Shown here in pieces: positions 20,512 to 29,672 of a DNA stretch of 64,000 nt. Numbering within the stretch: the stretch's first letter is position 1; each line of letters opens with the position of its first letter. The position numbers were made by a program, and so were the translations under genes. The notes beneath the pieces are model-generated. The model was not told where the DNA came from and did not search any database. It worked only from the letters and a program-made list of their open reading frames with translations. Source of the DNA: Caldilineae bacterium (GTDB taxonomy: Bacteria > Chloroflexota > Anaerolineae > Epilineales > Epilineaceae); assembly GCA_020634625.1 (NCBI GenBank), contig JACKBJ010000019.1:1001-65000 (forward strand). Direction: 5' to 3'.

Positions 20512-20547
20512 GCCGGGAGCGGGGGCGTCGCCACCCCCGCTCCCGGC
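20512..20547. terminator. Bidirectional GC-rich hairpin between convergent genes
   Basis: Perfect 14-bp stem GCCGGGAGCGGGGG / CCCCCGCTCCCGGC with an 8-nt loop. It lies between the stops at 20486(+) and 20612(-). Confidence 0.6.
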
Positions 20548-20611
20548 CCCGCGGCCGACGCGGATCGGGCTGCCGGTCCGCGTCGCCGCGCCCCTGCGGA
20601 TCGTCGCCCGG

Positions 20612-21790
20612 TCAGGGCATGGGGGCTGGGTGAATCCGGGTGGCCAGATCGGCCACGAGGGACGCGCGCAGCGCCTCGAGCGGTGCCTGTCGATCCGGTC
20701 GCTCCAGGCCGGCGGCGCCCGCGACGGCCAGCATCAGCTCGGGCGTGCCCAGGTAGCGCGTGCCTCTGCCCGCGCCCTCGCTGCGCAGGAGCCCGGCCGC
20801 CCGCAGGCGCCGCAAGTCACTCGCCGCGGTGGCCGGGCCAAGGTCGACCAGCCCGCGGTAGTATCGGTTGGTGATGTCGCGCCCGAAGAAGGCATCGAAC
20901 AGGGCGTTGGCTAGCCTGGGTGGACCGTCCAGATCCTCCGTGACCAGGTCTTCGAGCAGGGTCCAGATCGCGGCCTCCGTCGCGTGTCGGAGCGAGAGCG
21001 CTTCGATCTGGGTGACCTGAGCCTGAAGGTGTGCCAGGAGAAAGGGCGTCACGTCGGCCTCCGGATCCCAAGCGGGTCCCAGGCAGTCGAAGGCGCGGTA
21101 GTAGCGATCTTGGTGCGCGCCCCACCATTCCTCGAGGCTGGTGAACTCCGGCAGTCGGTAGCCACCGCGCAGCATGACCATCGAGGCCAGAATCCGCGCG
21201 ACGCGACCGTTGCCGTCGGAGAAGGGATGGATTCCGGCCAGGCGTATGTGCGCCAGCGCCGCCTGCAGGGCGACGGGAATCCCCATCGCCTCGGCTTGGT
21301 CCAGCCATTCGGTCAAGGCGTCGATCAGCGAGGGCACCGCTTCGGCCGCCGGTGGCAGGTAGACCAGCCCGCGGGTCGCAGATCCGACGAAGACCTGCCC
21401 GCGACGGAAGGACCCGGCCCCCGCCGCGAAGTCACCCCCCATGACCCGGTCGTGGATGGCGACCACCAGCTCGCTCTGCCAGGTGAAGCCGGCCGCGTCG
21501 GAGCGGCGCAGGACGAAGTCCATGGCGTCCCGATAGCCGACCACCAGCGCTGCATCACGCTCGGAGACGCCGCTTGGCCGGTCGTGGGCGAGGATGCGCC
21601 GCACGTCTTCGACCGTGACCGGGATGCCTTCCATCGACGTGGAGGCGGCGATCGCCTCCGTCTCGAGATCGCGGCGTAGCCGTCCCAGCCAGCGACGCGG
21701 CAAGACGCCCCGCGTATCCAGCGCGCTGCGCAGGGTTTCGATGCGGTCGAGGAGGCTAGCCAGCGCCTCGGTCAGCTGATATACGTACAT
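20612..21790 (-). CDS. Fic family protein (AMPylase-type) with N-terminal inhibitory motif and C-terminal winged-helix region
   Basis: Fic active-site motif HPFSDGNGRVAR. The N-terminal helix carries S-T-S-M-E-G, which fits the [ST]xxxE[GN] auto-inhibition motif. The C-terminal LRRLRAAGLLRSEGAGRGTRY is wHTH-like. Confidence 0.9.
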   Translation of the reverse strand: MYVYQLTEALASLLDRIETLRSALDTRGVLPRRWLGRLRRDLETEAIAASTSMEGIPVTVEDVRRILAHDRPSGVSERDAALVVGYRDAMDFVLRRSDAAGFTWQSELVVAIHDRVMGGDFAAGAGSFRRGQVFVGSATRGLVYLPPAAEAVPSLIDALTEWLDQAEAMGIPVALQAALAHIRLAGIHPFSDGNGRVARILASMVMLRGGYRLPEFTSLEEWWGAHQDRYYRAFDCLGPAWDPEADVTPFLLAHLQAQVTQIEALSLRHATEAAIWTLLEDLVTEDLDGPPRLANALFDAFFGRDITNRYYRGLVDLGPATAASDLRRLRAAGLLRSEGAGRGTRYLGTPELMLAVAGAAGLERPDRQAPLEALRASLVADLATRIHPAPMP

Positions 21791-21824
21791 GCGTAGGGTT
21801 TCCGATCTGGATGCTCATGCTGGC

Positions 21825-21840
21825 AATCGTCTAAACGATT
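21825..21840. promoter_or_regulatory. Palindrome AATCGT-CTAA-ACGATT in an AT-rich divergent promoter region
   Basis: Perfect 6-bp inverted repeat read from the sequence. It sits in the unusually AT-rich 83-bp spacer between the Fic start (21790) and the amidase remnant (21874). Confidence 0.35.
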
Positions 21841-21873
21841 ATATGATTAGATGAGCCCGGCGCCAAGACCAGG

Positions 21874-22293
21874 ATGGAGCGGATGATCCACATCGAGCCC
21901 GAGCGGGCCAGCCTGCACGGGCAGTTCTCGGCCGAGCTGCCGCCGGTGGCGGTCATCGACTCGGGCGACCGGGTTCGCTTCCGGACCCTGGACGTGGCTT
22001 GGGGGATGGGCCAGCACCCGCTGGAGGGCAGCTGGCGCCCCAAGTTCGAGCCCCGGCTGGCGGGGCGCCGGCTTCTGGGCCACGCTCGGCTTCGGCGAGG
22101 ACCTGCCCAGGGCCGCGGCCCAGGCGATCGAGGCATGCTCGACCGGGTGCAGCGCCGACACGGGCTGGCCCGTTCGGCGGCCCTGGCCCTGATCGGCGTC
22201 GCCGCCGACCTGCGGGTCAGCCAGATGGTCAACGGGCGGCTGGGGGTGCACCTGGTCCTGCCGGACGCGGCGATCGAGCCGGCGCCGGCATGA
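21874..22293 (+). pseudogene. Internally deleted remnant of an acetamidase/formamidase-family gene
   Basis: The 139-aa ORF keeps a family-like N-terminus (IHIEPERASLHGQFSAELPPVAVIDSGDRVRFRTLD) and C-terminus (ALALIGVAADLRVSQMVNGRLGVHLVLPD). The ~170-aa metal-binding core expected in ~300-aa members is missing, and the middle is Arg/Gly-rich junk. Confidence 0.5.
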
Positions 22294-22320
22294 ACACCAT
22301 CTGAACCCGACCCTGCTAGC

Positions 22321-23055
22321 ATGGCGCTTCGGGTTGGGAGCGCCCGCGCGACGGCATTGGGGGTGGACGTGACGACGGTGCTGCTGGTGGACGACAGCGC
22401 GAGCCTGCGGGCCCTGGTCGGCGACTATCTGGGCGCGGCCGGGATGCGCGTGGTCGGCGTCGAGAACGGCCGGGTCGCCCTCGAGGTGGCCCGGCGCGAA
22501 CGGCCGGACATCGTCCTGCTGGACCTGATGATGCCGCAGATGGACGGACTGGCCTTCCTCGAGGCCTTCCGGGCGGAGCACGACACGCCGGTCATCGTGC
22601 TCTCGGCGCGCCTGGAGGAGGCCGACAAGGTGCTCGGGCTGGAGCTGGGGGCGGACGACTACCTGACCAAGCCCTTCGGGATGCGCGAGCTGTCGGCGCG
22701 GATCCAGGCGCGCTTGCGCCGGGCCCGCTCGGCGCCGCCGCGAGACGCGGTGCTGCGGCTGGGCGAGGTCAGCCTCGATCGCGCCGCGCGGACGGTGCAC
22801 CGGGGCCGGCGCGAGCTGTCGCTCACGCCGACCGAGTTCGAGATCCTCGACGCGCTGATGTCGGAGGCCGGGCGAGTGCTCTCGCGCGCGCAGCTGCAGG
22901 AGCGTCTGCAGGGTCCGGCGGCGACCGGGTCGGAGCGCACGGTGGACGTGCACGTGCGCAACCTGCGGGCCAAGCTCGAGCCGGATCCGGCCCACCCGCG
23001 CTTCGTCGAGACCGTCTTCGGGCAGGGCTACCGCTTCCGGGTCGACCGCGGGTGA
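22321..23055 (+). CDS. OmpR/PhoB-family response regulator
   Basis: Receiver motifs LLVDD, DIVLLDLMMPQMDG and TKPF. Winged-helix output region LTPTEFEILDALM ... RTVDVHVRNLRAKLE ... GQGYRF. The start is uncertain (ATG 22321 or GTG 22363). Confidence 0.9.
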   Translation: MALRVGSARATALGVDVTTVLLVDDSASLRALVGDYLGAAGMRVVGVENGRVALEVARRERPDIVLLDLMMPQMDGLAFLEAFRAEHDTPVIVLSARLEEADKVLGLELGADDYLTKPFGMRELSARIQARLRRARSAPPRDAVLRLGEVSLDRAARTVHRGRRELSLTPTEFEILDALMSEAGRVLSRAQLQERLQGPAATGSERTVDVHVRNLRAKLEPDPAHPRFVETVFGQGYRFRVDRG

Positions 23056-24536
23056 GCGCGGGATCGCCGCGGCCGGCCGACCCGGCCGGCCCGCGCGAGA
23101 CCGAGGCGGGCGCCCAGCCGGGCGATGCGCCCCGGGTGCGGCGCCGGATGGCCTTCCGGCCTTCGCTCGGTGCTCGCCTGAGCCTGGCCTTCCTGCTGGC
23201 CAGCGTGGTCGGGGTCGGCCTGGCGGCACTCCTGGCGCATATGGTGACCGTGCGTGAGTTCGAGCGCTTCTTCATCGACCGGTCGCGCTCGGAGTTTCTG
23301 GCCGCGGTGACGGATCACTACCAGCAGCAGGGCGGCTGGGAGGGCGTCGGGCGTCGGATGGTGCCGCCGATCGGGCCGGGCGGTCAGCCGCGACCGCCTG
23401 GTTTCGCCCTGGTCGATGCGGAGGGCCGCGTGCTGCTGCCGGCGGCGCCCTACCGGCGGGGCCAGCGGCTCACGGCGGCCGAGCTGGCGCGCGGGCTGCC
23501 GGTCGAGGCCGCCGGGCGACGGGTCGGGACGGTCCTGGACGCGGCCCGTCGGCCGACCCTGAGCGACCGGGAGGTCCAGTACCTCCAGAGCACCGACCGG
23601 GCGCTGGCCCTGGCCGCGCTGGGCGCGGTGCTGGCGGCGTTGCTGCTGGGCCTGGCGATGGCCCGCGGCTTGAGCCGGCCGCTGCGCGACCTGACCGCCG
23701 CCGCGCGCCGGATGGCGCGCGGCGAGCTGCAGCAGACGGTGCCGGTGCGCTCGGACGACGAGCTGGGCGAGCTGAGCCGAGCCTTCAACCAGATGAGCCA
23801 GGCGCTGACGCGCGCCAACCAGGCCCGGCGCGACATGACCGCCGACATCGCGCACGACCTGCGCACGCCGCTGACGGTGATCAGCGGCTACCTCGAAGCG
23901 ATGCAGGAAGGGGTGCTGGAGCCGACGCCGGCGCGCCTGGCGGCGCTGCATGCCGAGGCCCAGCACCTGAAGCATCTGGTCGAGGACCTGCGGACGCTGT
24001 CGCTGGCGGACGCCGGCGACCTGGTGATCCGGCCCCAAGCCATCGAGGTCGGCCCGCTGCTGCGCCGGTTGGAGGCGGCCTACGGGCCCCAGGCCGAGCG
24101 GGCGGGCATCGCGCTCGGGATCGACCTGGAGCCCGATCTGCCGACGCTGCTGGCCGACCCGGAGCGCATGGTGCAGGTCTTGGCCAACCTGATCGCCAAC
24201 GCGCTGCAGCACAGCCCGGCCGGCGGGCGGATCACGCTCTCGGCCGGCGCGGAGGCCGAGGGCATCGTGCTATCGGTGACCGACACCGGCGTCGGCATGT
24301 CGGCCGAGGTGCTGGACCGGGTCTTCGATCGCTTCTACCGGGCCGATCCGGCGCGCGCCGGCGGTGGCGAGGCTTCGGGACTCGGCCTGGCCATCGCTCG
24401 CTCGCTGGTCGAGGCCCAAGGGGGGCGGATCGAGGCGCGTAGCGCAGGGCCTGGTCTTGGCAGCGCGTTCCGCATCCACCTCCCATGCCGGGATGGGACG
24501 GGCGAGCGGCAGCCTCGACATGCCGTTGGCCCGTAG
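23052..24536 (+). CDS. Sensor histidine kinase (2 TM, HAMP, HisKA, HATPase_c)
   Basis: H-box DIAHDLRTPLT, N-box LANLIANALQHSP, G1 DTGVGM, G2 GLGLAI. The GTG at 23052 overlaps the regulator stop (GTGA). An alternative start is the ATG at 23148. Confidence 0.9.
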   Translation: MSAGSPRPADPAGPRETEAGAQPGDAPRVRRRMAFRPSLGARLSLAFLLASVVGVGLAALLAHMVTVREFERFFIDRSRSEFLAAVTDHYQQQGGWEGVGRRMVPPIGPGGQPRPPGFALVDAEGRVLLPAAPYRRGQRLTAAELARGLPVEAAGRRVGTVLDAARRPTLSDREVQYLQSTDRALALAALGAVLAALLLGLAMARGLSRPLRDLTAAARRMARGELQQTVPVRSDDELGELSRAFNQMSQALTRANQARRDMTADIAHDLRTPLTVISGYLEAMQEGVLEPTPARLAALHAEAQHLKHLVEDLRTLSLADAGDLVIRPQAIEVGPLLRRLEAAYGPQAERAGIALGIDLEPDLPTLLADPERMVQVLANLIANALQHSPAGGRITLSAGAEAEGIVLSVTDTGVGMSAEVLDRVFDRFYRADPARAGGGEASGLGLAIARSLVEAQGGRIEARSAGPGLGSAFRIHLPCRDGTGERQPRHAVGP

Positions 24537-24574
24537 CTGACGTCAGCCGCCGTGAGGCGCCGGGCCCCCGCGGC

Positions 24575-25579
24575 TCAATCGCGCATGAAGTGGCAGGTGT
24601 AGCCGCCCGGGTTCTTGACCAGGTAGTCCTGGTGGTAGTCCTCGGCCGGCGTGAAGGGTCCGGCCGGCAGGATCTGGGTGACGATCGGGCGCTTCCAACG
24701 GCCGCTGGCCTCGACCCGCGCCGTGACCGCCTCGGCAACGCGGCGCTGTTCCTCGTCGGCGTAGAAGATGGCCGAACGGTACTGCGAGCCGATGTCGTTG
24801 CCCTGGCGGTTGACCGTGGTCGGGTCGTGCATGCGGTAGAACCAGTCCTCGAGCAGCGTGGCCAGGCTCAGCCGGCTGGGGTCGAAGGTCACCCGCACCG
24901 ACTCGGCGTGGCCGGTGCGGCCACCGCGCACCTCCGGATAGGTCGGATCGGGCGTGTCTCCGCCGGCGTAGCCGACCTCGGTGTCGAGCACGCCGGGGAT
25001 CTCGCGCAGCAGCGCCTCCATGCCCCAGAAGCAGCCGCCGGCGATGACGATGGTCTCGTCGGGGAGCGGCTCGGCGGGCGCGCCGCCCATGCCCACCCAG
25101 GGCAGCTCGGCGGCGCCGGCCTTGGCCAGCCGCTCGTAGAGTTCGCCGACGTGCTGCATCGTGTGGCGCAGGCTGTAGAGCTGCAGCTCGAGCTTGGTCA
25201 TCGGCAGCCAGTCGAAGCCGGAGGGGGCCTCCAGGTCCAGCGTGGGCGTCAGGCGGTCGACCTCATCGCGGCAGACGGTCAGGTACTCCCGGATTTCGGC
25301 CTGGGTATAGGCCTCGCTGGCCACGAACTCGCCCTCCGGCAGCCAGGGCGGCCGGTCGAAGTGCGGAGCCTGCTCGCGGTGCTTCGGCCATGGCCGGAAG
25401 TCGGCCTCGGTCGGCTGCAGGTAGAAGTGCAGGTAGAACAGCGCGTGGTAGGCCACCTGCCAGCTGCGGTTGCGGTCCTCGGGCCGATCCCAGACGGCAT
25501 CCGGACAGGCCTCGACGGCCGCGGCCAGCATGTCCAGCGCGGCCTGGTACTGCGAGCGGATGATGCCAAGCACGTCCAT
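24575..25579 (-). CDS. msrA: DinB-like domain fused to peptide-methionine (S)-S-oxide reductase
   Basis: Trimmed to the ATG at 25579. The C-terminal half carries MsrA motifs GGCFWG, GYAGG and HAE.V.V.FDP. The N-terminal ~165 aa form a DinB-superfamily-like helical bundle with conserved His (YHALFYLH, RHTMQHVGE). Confidence 0.85.
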   Translation of the reverse strand: MDVLGIIRSQYQAALDMLAAAVEACPDAVWDRPEDRNRSWQVAYHALFYLHFYLQPTEADFRPWPKHREQAPHFDRPPWLPEGEFVASEAYTQAEIREYLTVCRDEVDRLTPTLDLEAPSGFDWLPMTKLELQLYSLRHTMQHVGELYERLAKAGAAELPWVGMGGAPAEPLPDETIVIAGGCFWGMEALLREIPGVLDTEVGYAGGDTPDPTYPEVRGGRTGHAESVRVTFDPSRLSLATLLEDWFYRMHDPTTVNRQGNDIGSQYRSAIFYADEEQRRVAEAVTARVEASGRWKRPIVTQILPAGPFTPAEDYHQDYLVKNPGGYTCHFMRD

Positions 25580-25599
25580 GCGCGGAGGACCTCCATCGG

Positions 25600-25629
25600 T
25601 TGACGGGCGCATCGCCCGGACGGTAGACT
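25600..25629 (+). promoter_or_regulatory. Sigma70-type promoter TTGACG-18-TAGACT upstream of the KAS gene
   Basis: Hexamers read directly from the sequence. The RBS GGGAGG lies 5 nt before the ATG at 25666. The same TTGAC(C/G)...TAGACT pattern recurs at 54695. Confidence 0.45.
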
Positions 25630-25665
25630 CGACGCGAACCAGACCCAAGTATACCGGGAGGCCCC

Positions 25666-26922
25666 ATGGACCTGCAGAACGTCGTCATCACCGGCGTCGG
25701 GCCGGTCAGCGCCATCGGCAGCGGGCGCGAAGCCTTCTGGTCGGCGCTGCGCTCCGGCCAGCCCGGCTTCGGGCCGATCACGCTCTGCGACACCGAGGGC
25801 CTCGAGAGCACCATCGCCGCCGAGGTCAAGGGCTTCGACCTGACCACCTACCTGCCCGAGGCCCGCGCCAGCGTGCGGCGCATGCCGCGCATGGTGCAGC
25901 TGACCCTGGCCGCCGCCGCGCTGGCCCTCGAGGACTCGGGCCTCGACCTGGACGGCTGCGGTCGCGACCGGGTCGGCGTGCACGTCGGCACCTCGATCGC
26001 CAACATCGCCACCAGCTTCGAGATGCGCGACGCCCTGCTCGAGTACCATCGCATCTCGGCCCACAGCGCCTTCTTCGGCTTCAACCACAGCGCCGCCTGC
26101 CTGACCAGCGCCACCTTCGACCTGCGCGGGCCGCTGCACACCACCTCCTCGGGCTGCAACTCGGGCTTGGACGCCCTGGGCGACGCGGCGCAGGACATCC
26201 GCCTGGGCGAGGCCGAGGCCATGCTGGTCATCGGCTCGGATTGCGAGGTGGTCCAGGAGATCGTCATGGCCCTGGCCAGGAGCGGCTCGCTGGCCACGCG
26301 TTACAACGACCGGCCGGCCATCGCCTCGCGGCCCTTCGACACCGAGCGTGACGGCAACGTCATCGGCGAGGGGGCCGGCGCGCTGCTGCTCGAGAGCGAG
26401 TCGCACGCCCGCCAGCGCGGCGCGCGGGTCTACGCCCGACTGGCCGCCTACCGCAGCGCCGCGGCCGGCTCGCACCGCGAGTACAGCCACGACGACCCCG
26501 ACCTGGACGTGGCACCCTGCGTGCGGGCCATGGGCGGCGCCGTCGGCGCGGCCGGCTGGCGCCCGGAGCAGGTGGATCTGGTCAACGCCAACGGCAGCGC
26601 CTCCAAGCTCTACGACCGACTCGAGGCCCAGGCCCTGGGCGAGCTCTTCGGCGCGCGCCTGCCCGAGCTGCCGCTGCACTCGATCAAGTCGATGCTGGGC
26701 CAGCACGGCGCCGGATCCAGCGCGCTGCAGGCCATCTCGGCCTGCCTGGCCATCGCCGAGGGCGAGGTGCCGCCGACCATCAACCACGACGCGCTCGACC
26801 CGGCCTGCGGGCCCCTGCAGGTGGTCACCCGGCTGCGCGCGATGCCCATCGAGCGCTGCCTGGTGCACGCCATCGGCATGGGCGGTTTCTACTATTCGGC
26901 GGCGGCCTTCGAGCGCGGCTGA
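25666..26922 (+). CDS. Beta-ketoacyl-ACP synthase I/II-like condensing enzyme (non-canonical active-site residues)
   Basis: N-terminus VVITGVGPVSAIG, active-site Cys context TSSGCNSGLDA, and the KSM.G motif present as IKSMLGQHGAGSS. The expected NAHGTST block reads NANGSAS. Confidence 0.8.
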   Translation: MDLQNVVITGVGPVSAIGSGREAFWSALRSGQPGFGPITLCDTEGLESTIAAEVKGFDLTTYLPEARASVRRMPRMVQLTLAAAALALEDSGLDLDGCGRDRVGVHVGTSIANIATSFEMRDALLEYHRISAHSAFFGFNHSAACLTSATFDLRGPLHTTSSGCNSGLDALGDAAQDIRLGEAEAMLVIGSDCEVVQEIVMALARSGSLATRYNDRPAIASRPFDTERDGNVIGEGAGALLLESESHARQRGARVYARLAAYRSAAAGSHREYSHDDPDLDVAPCVRAMGGAVGAAGWRPEQVDLVNANGSASKLYDRLEAQALGELFGARLPELPLHSIKSMLGQHGAGSSALQAISACLAIAEGEVPPTINHDALDPACGPLQVVTRLRAMPIERCLVHAIGMGGFYYSAAAFERG

Positions 26923-27464
26923 TCGAGTGGCGTCGGGGCCTCGAGCGCGCCGAGCGCCGGGTCCGACGCGCCCGGCGCGCTGGCGGCCCGCCGCCGGTCG
27001 ACGCGGCGGACCAGGGGCAGCCAGGCCAGGTAGAGCAGCGGGGCCAGGAACAGGGCGACCGCGAGCCAGGCGCTGAAGGCGTGCAGCAGCGCCCAGCCCA
27101 GCTCGCCGGCCACCGCCAGCGGCCCGCGCTGGAAGACCGCCAGGATCTCGGTCCGGTCGAGGGGCAGCGGCGCGTGGCCCCAGAGTCGCTCGCCCAGCCG
27201 GATGAAGGGCAGGATCAAGAGCAGCTGCAGGGGCCAGACCATCCACAGACCGGCCTGCATCAGCGGCAGGTTGAGCCGCAGCCCCAGGGCGACCAGGGTG
27301 CTGGTGGTGACCGTGCTGCCGTAGACCGGGCTGATGCCGATGGTGTTGCCCAGGGCCAGGGTCAAGGCCACCTGCTCCGGCCGCAGGCTCTGGCGCAGGG
27401 CCTGGCCGAGCAGCTCGCGCAGGCGCCGGCCGGCCCTCCGGGGGTCGAGCTTCGATTCGCGCAT
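26892..27464 (-). CDS. DUF2062-like small membrane protein
   Basis: Trimmed to the ATG at 27464 (MRESKL...). Pattern RPEQVALTLALGNTIGISPVYG ... LRLNLPLMQAGLWMVWPL is typical of DUF2062. It has three to four hydrophobic helices. Its 3' end overlaps the KAS gene by 31 nt. Confidence 0.6.
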   Translation of the reverse strand: MRESKLDPRRAGRRLRELLGQALRQSLRPEQVALTLALGNTIGISPVYGSTVTTSTLVALGLRLNLPLMQAGLWMVWPLQLLLILPFIRLGERLWGHAPLPLDRTEILAVFQRGPLAVAGELGWALLHAFSAWLAVALFLAPLLYLAWLPLVRRVDRRRAASAPGASDPALGALEAPTPLDQPRSKAAAE

Positions 27465-27784
27465 GGCGGGTGACCATAGGCCCATTGGGCGCGGGGTCAA
27501 GCCCGGTCGATGCGGACGGAGCCGGCCGAGGCCCGCGCATGCACAGGATTGTGCAGCTTTTCGGTCCTCCGCGCGTGCGATCCGGGTGCGGAATCGGACC
27601 GATCGGTGCACCCTCAGCGTCGGTCTGGCCAAGACCCTCCGCCCGGCCAGGCCTGGGACTGGCCACCCAACCAGATCGGCTGCCGCCCGGCCGGCCGGCG
27701 CGCGCGATCGCGTCACCGGCGAGACTGATCGGAGCGAAGCGGTCGATGCCCCGACCTTCGTTCAATGTTGGAGGGGACGGAAGC

Positions 27785-28648
27785 ATGCACACCATCGTCG
27801 CCATCAAGCAGGTGCCGGACACCTCGAACGTCCGGATCAATCCCGAGACGGGCACCCTGATTCGCGAAGGGGTGCCGGCGATCATCAACCCCTACGACGT
27901 GCACGCCGTCGAGCTGGCGGTTCGGCTCAAGGAGCGCTTCGGCGGGCGGGTGACGGCGATCACCATGGGGCCGGCCGCCGCGGCCGAAGCCCTGGTCGAA
28001 TGCGTCGAGCAAGGCGTCGACCGGGGCATTCTGATCAGCGATCGGAAGTTCGCGGCGGCCGACACCCTGGCCACGTCCTATGTCCTGGGCAGCGCCATCG
28101 AGGCCTTGAACGCCGAGGACCCGGTGGATCTGCTGCTCTTCGGCCTGCAGGCCATCGACGGCGACACGGCCCAGGTGGGGCCCGGCGTGGCCACCCGGCT
28201 GGGCTTGCCCCTGATCAGCTACGCGCTGGGCCTGGAGTCCTTCGACCCGGTGGCGCGGCGGGCGGTCGTTCGGCGCAAGGCCGAGCGCGGCGTCGAGCGG
28301 CTCGAGACGCGGCTGCCGGCCCTCCTGACGGTCGAGAAGGAGGTGGCCGAGGTGGCCCGGGCGCCACTGCCCAACCTGATCCGCGCCGCTCGCTACCAGC
28401 CCGAGCTCTGGACGGCCGAGGCGCCGCTGCGCTTCGATCCGGACCATATCGGCATCAAGGGCTCGCCGACCATCGTCGGCCGGGCCTACACGCCCCCGCC
28501 CAAGACGCCGGGCGAACGGTTGCGGGTGGCCGAGCAGGGCCTGGCCGAGACCGTGAGCCAGGCCCTGGCGGCCATCCTGTCGGCCGGCGTGGTCGAGTCC
28601 CTCGGGCCGGTGCCGGTGACCCCGCAGCAGGAGGTGTCCCATGGCTGA
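27785..28648 (+). CDS. fixA: Electron transfer flavoprotein beta subunit (FixA/EtfB)
   Basis: Trimmed to the ATG at 27785. MHTIVAIKQVPDTSNVRINPETGTLIREGVPAIINPYD is the classic EtfB N-terminus. It is followed by etfA-, fixC- and fixX-like genes. Confidence 0.9.
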   Translation: MHTIVAIKQVPDTSNVRINPETGTLIREGVPAIINPYDVHAVELAVRLKERFGGRVTAITMGPAAAAEALVECVEQGVDRGILISDRKFAAADTLATSYVLGSAIEALNAEDPVDLLLFGLQAIDGDTAQVGPGVATRLGLPLISYALGLESFDPVARRAVVRRKAERGVERLETRLPALLTVEKEVAEVARAPLPNLIRAARYQPELWTAEAPLRFDPDHIGIKGSPTIVGRAYTPPPKTPGERLRVAEQGLAETVSQALAAILSAGVVESLGPVPVTPQQEVSHG

Positions 28649-29672
28649 GCCCGGCGCCGGGCCCAAGATCTGGGTCTTCGTCGAACAAGACGGCGGCAGG
28701 GCCCATCCGGTCAGCTGGGAGCTGCTCGGCGCGGCGACCGGCTTGGCCGAGCAGCTCGCGGGCGGCGTGGTCGAGGCGGTGCTGCTCGGTCACGCCGTCC
28801 AGGCCATCGTGCCGGAGGCCTTCGCGTACGGCGCCGACCGGGTCTACTGCAGCGACGACCCGCTCCTGGCGCACTATCGCAACCTGCCCTATGCCATCGG
28901 CGTCAGCCAGCTGGTCCAGGCACACCAGCCGGAGATCTTTCTGGTCGGCGCCACCCACCTCGGCCGCGACCTGGCCAGCTCCATCGCCACGCGGGTCCGC
29001 ACCGGCCTGACGGCCGACTGCACCGAGCTGAGCATCGACCCCCAGCTGAAGATCCTGGCCGCCACCCGGCCGACCTTTGGCGGCAACCTGATGGCCACCA
29101 TCCTCTGCCGCCAGCGGCGGCCCCAGATGGCCACCGTCCGGCCGCGCGTGCTGCCCCTGCCCGAGCGTCAGCCCGGGCGCGTGGGCGAGCTGGTCCGGGC
29201 CGAGCTGGGCCTGCGCGAGGCGGACATGCCGGTCAGGCTGCTGGGCTTCGAGCCGGCGGCCGGCGGCGCCGACATCGAATACGCCGACGTGATCGTGGCC
29301 GGCGGCCGGGGCGTCGGTGGGCCGGAGGGCTTCGCCCGGCTGGCCGAGCTGGCCGAGGCCCTCGGCGGCGTGGTCGGCGCCAGTCGGCCGGTGGTCGACG
29401 CGGGCTGGATCGGCTACGAGCACCAGGTGGGGCAGACCGGCAAGACCGTCCGGCCCAAGCTCTACCTGGCCGCCGGCATCTCCGGCGCGGTGCAGCACCG
29501 GGTCGGCATGAGCGGCGCCGATTTCATCCTGGCCATCAACCGCGATCCCGAGGCCCCGATCTTCCAGGTGGCCGACCTGGGCATCGTCGGCGACGTGGCC
29601 GAGGTGGTCCCCGAGCTTATCCGCCAGCTTCGCGCAAGGACGGCCGGCGCGCAAGGAGGCAGCCATGCCTGA
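28641..29672 (+). CDS. fixB: Electron transfer flavoprotein alpha subunit (FixB/EtfA)
   Basis: FAD-binding C-terminal motifs [12 protein letters not shown] and QVGQTGK.V.P.LY.A.GISGA.QH. The start overlaps fixA by 8 nt. Confidence 0.9.
   Translation: MAEPGAGPKIWVFVEQDGGRAHPVSWELLGAATGLAEQLAGGVVEAVLLGHAVQAIVPEAFAYGADRVYCSDDPLLAHYRNLPYAIGVSQLVQAHQPEIFLVGATHLGRDLASSIATRVRTGLTADCTELSIDPQLKILAATRPTFGGNLMATILCRQRRPQMATVRPRVLPLPERQPGRVGELVRAELGLREADMPVRLLGFEPAAGGADIEYADVIVAGGRGVGGPEGFARLAELAEALGGVVGASRPVVDAGWIGYEHQVGQTGKTVRPKLYLAAGISGAVQHRVGMSGADFILAINRDPEAPIFQVADLGIVGDVAEVVPELIRQLRARTAGAQGGSHA

Noticed and set aside
13611-20534. 2307-aa ORF on the minus strand, plus several 100-900-aa plus-strand ORFs (for example 13613..16336 and 17030..20914), overlapping the giant NHL/vWA gene
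   Set aside because: These are shadow ORFs typical of ~70% G+C DNA. Their translations are Arg/Gly/Ala/Pro-rich low complexity without motifs. The 13716..20486 frame carries dozens of recognisable NHL and vWA motifs.
25279-27888. 869-aa minus-strand ORF spanning the KAS, DUF2062 and fixA regions
   Set aside because: It crosses three independently supported genes and an intergenic region. It is a high-G+C read-through artefact.
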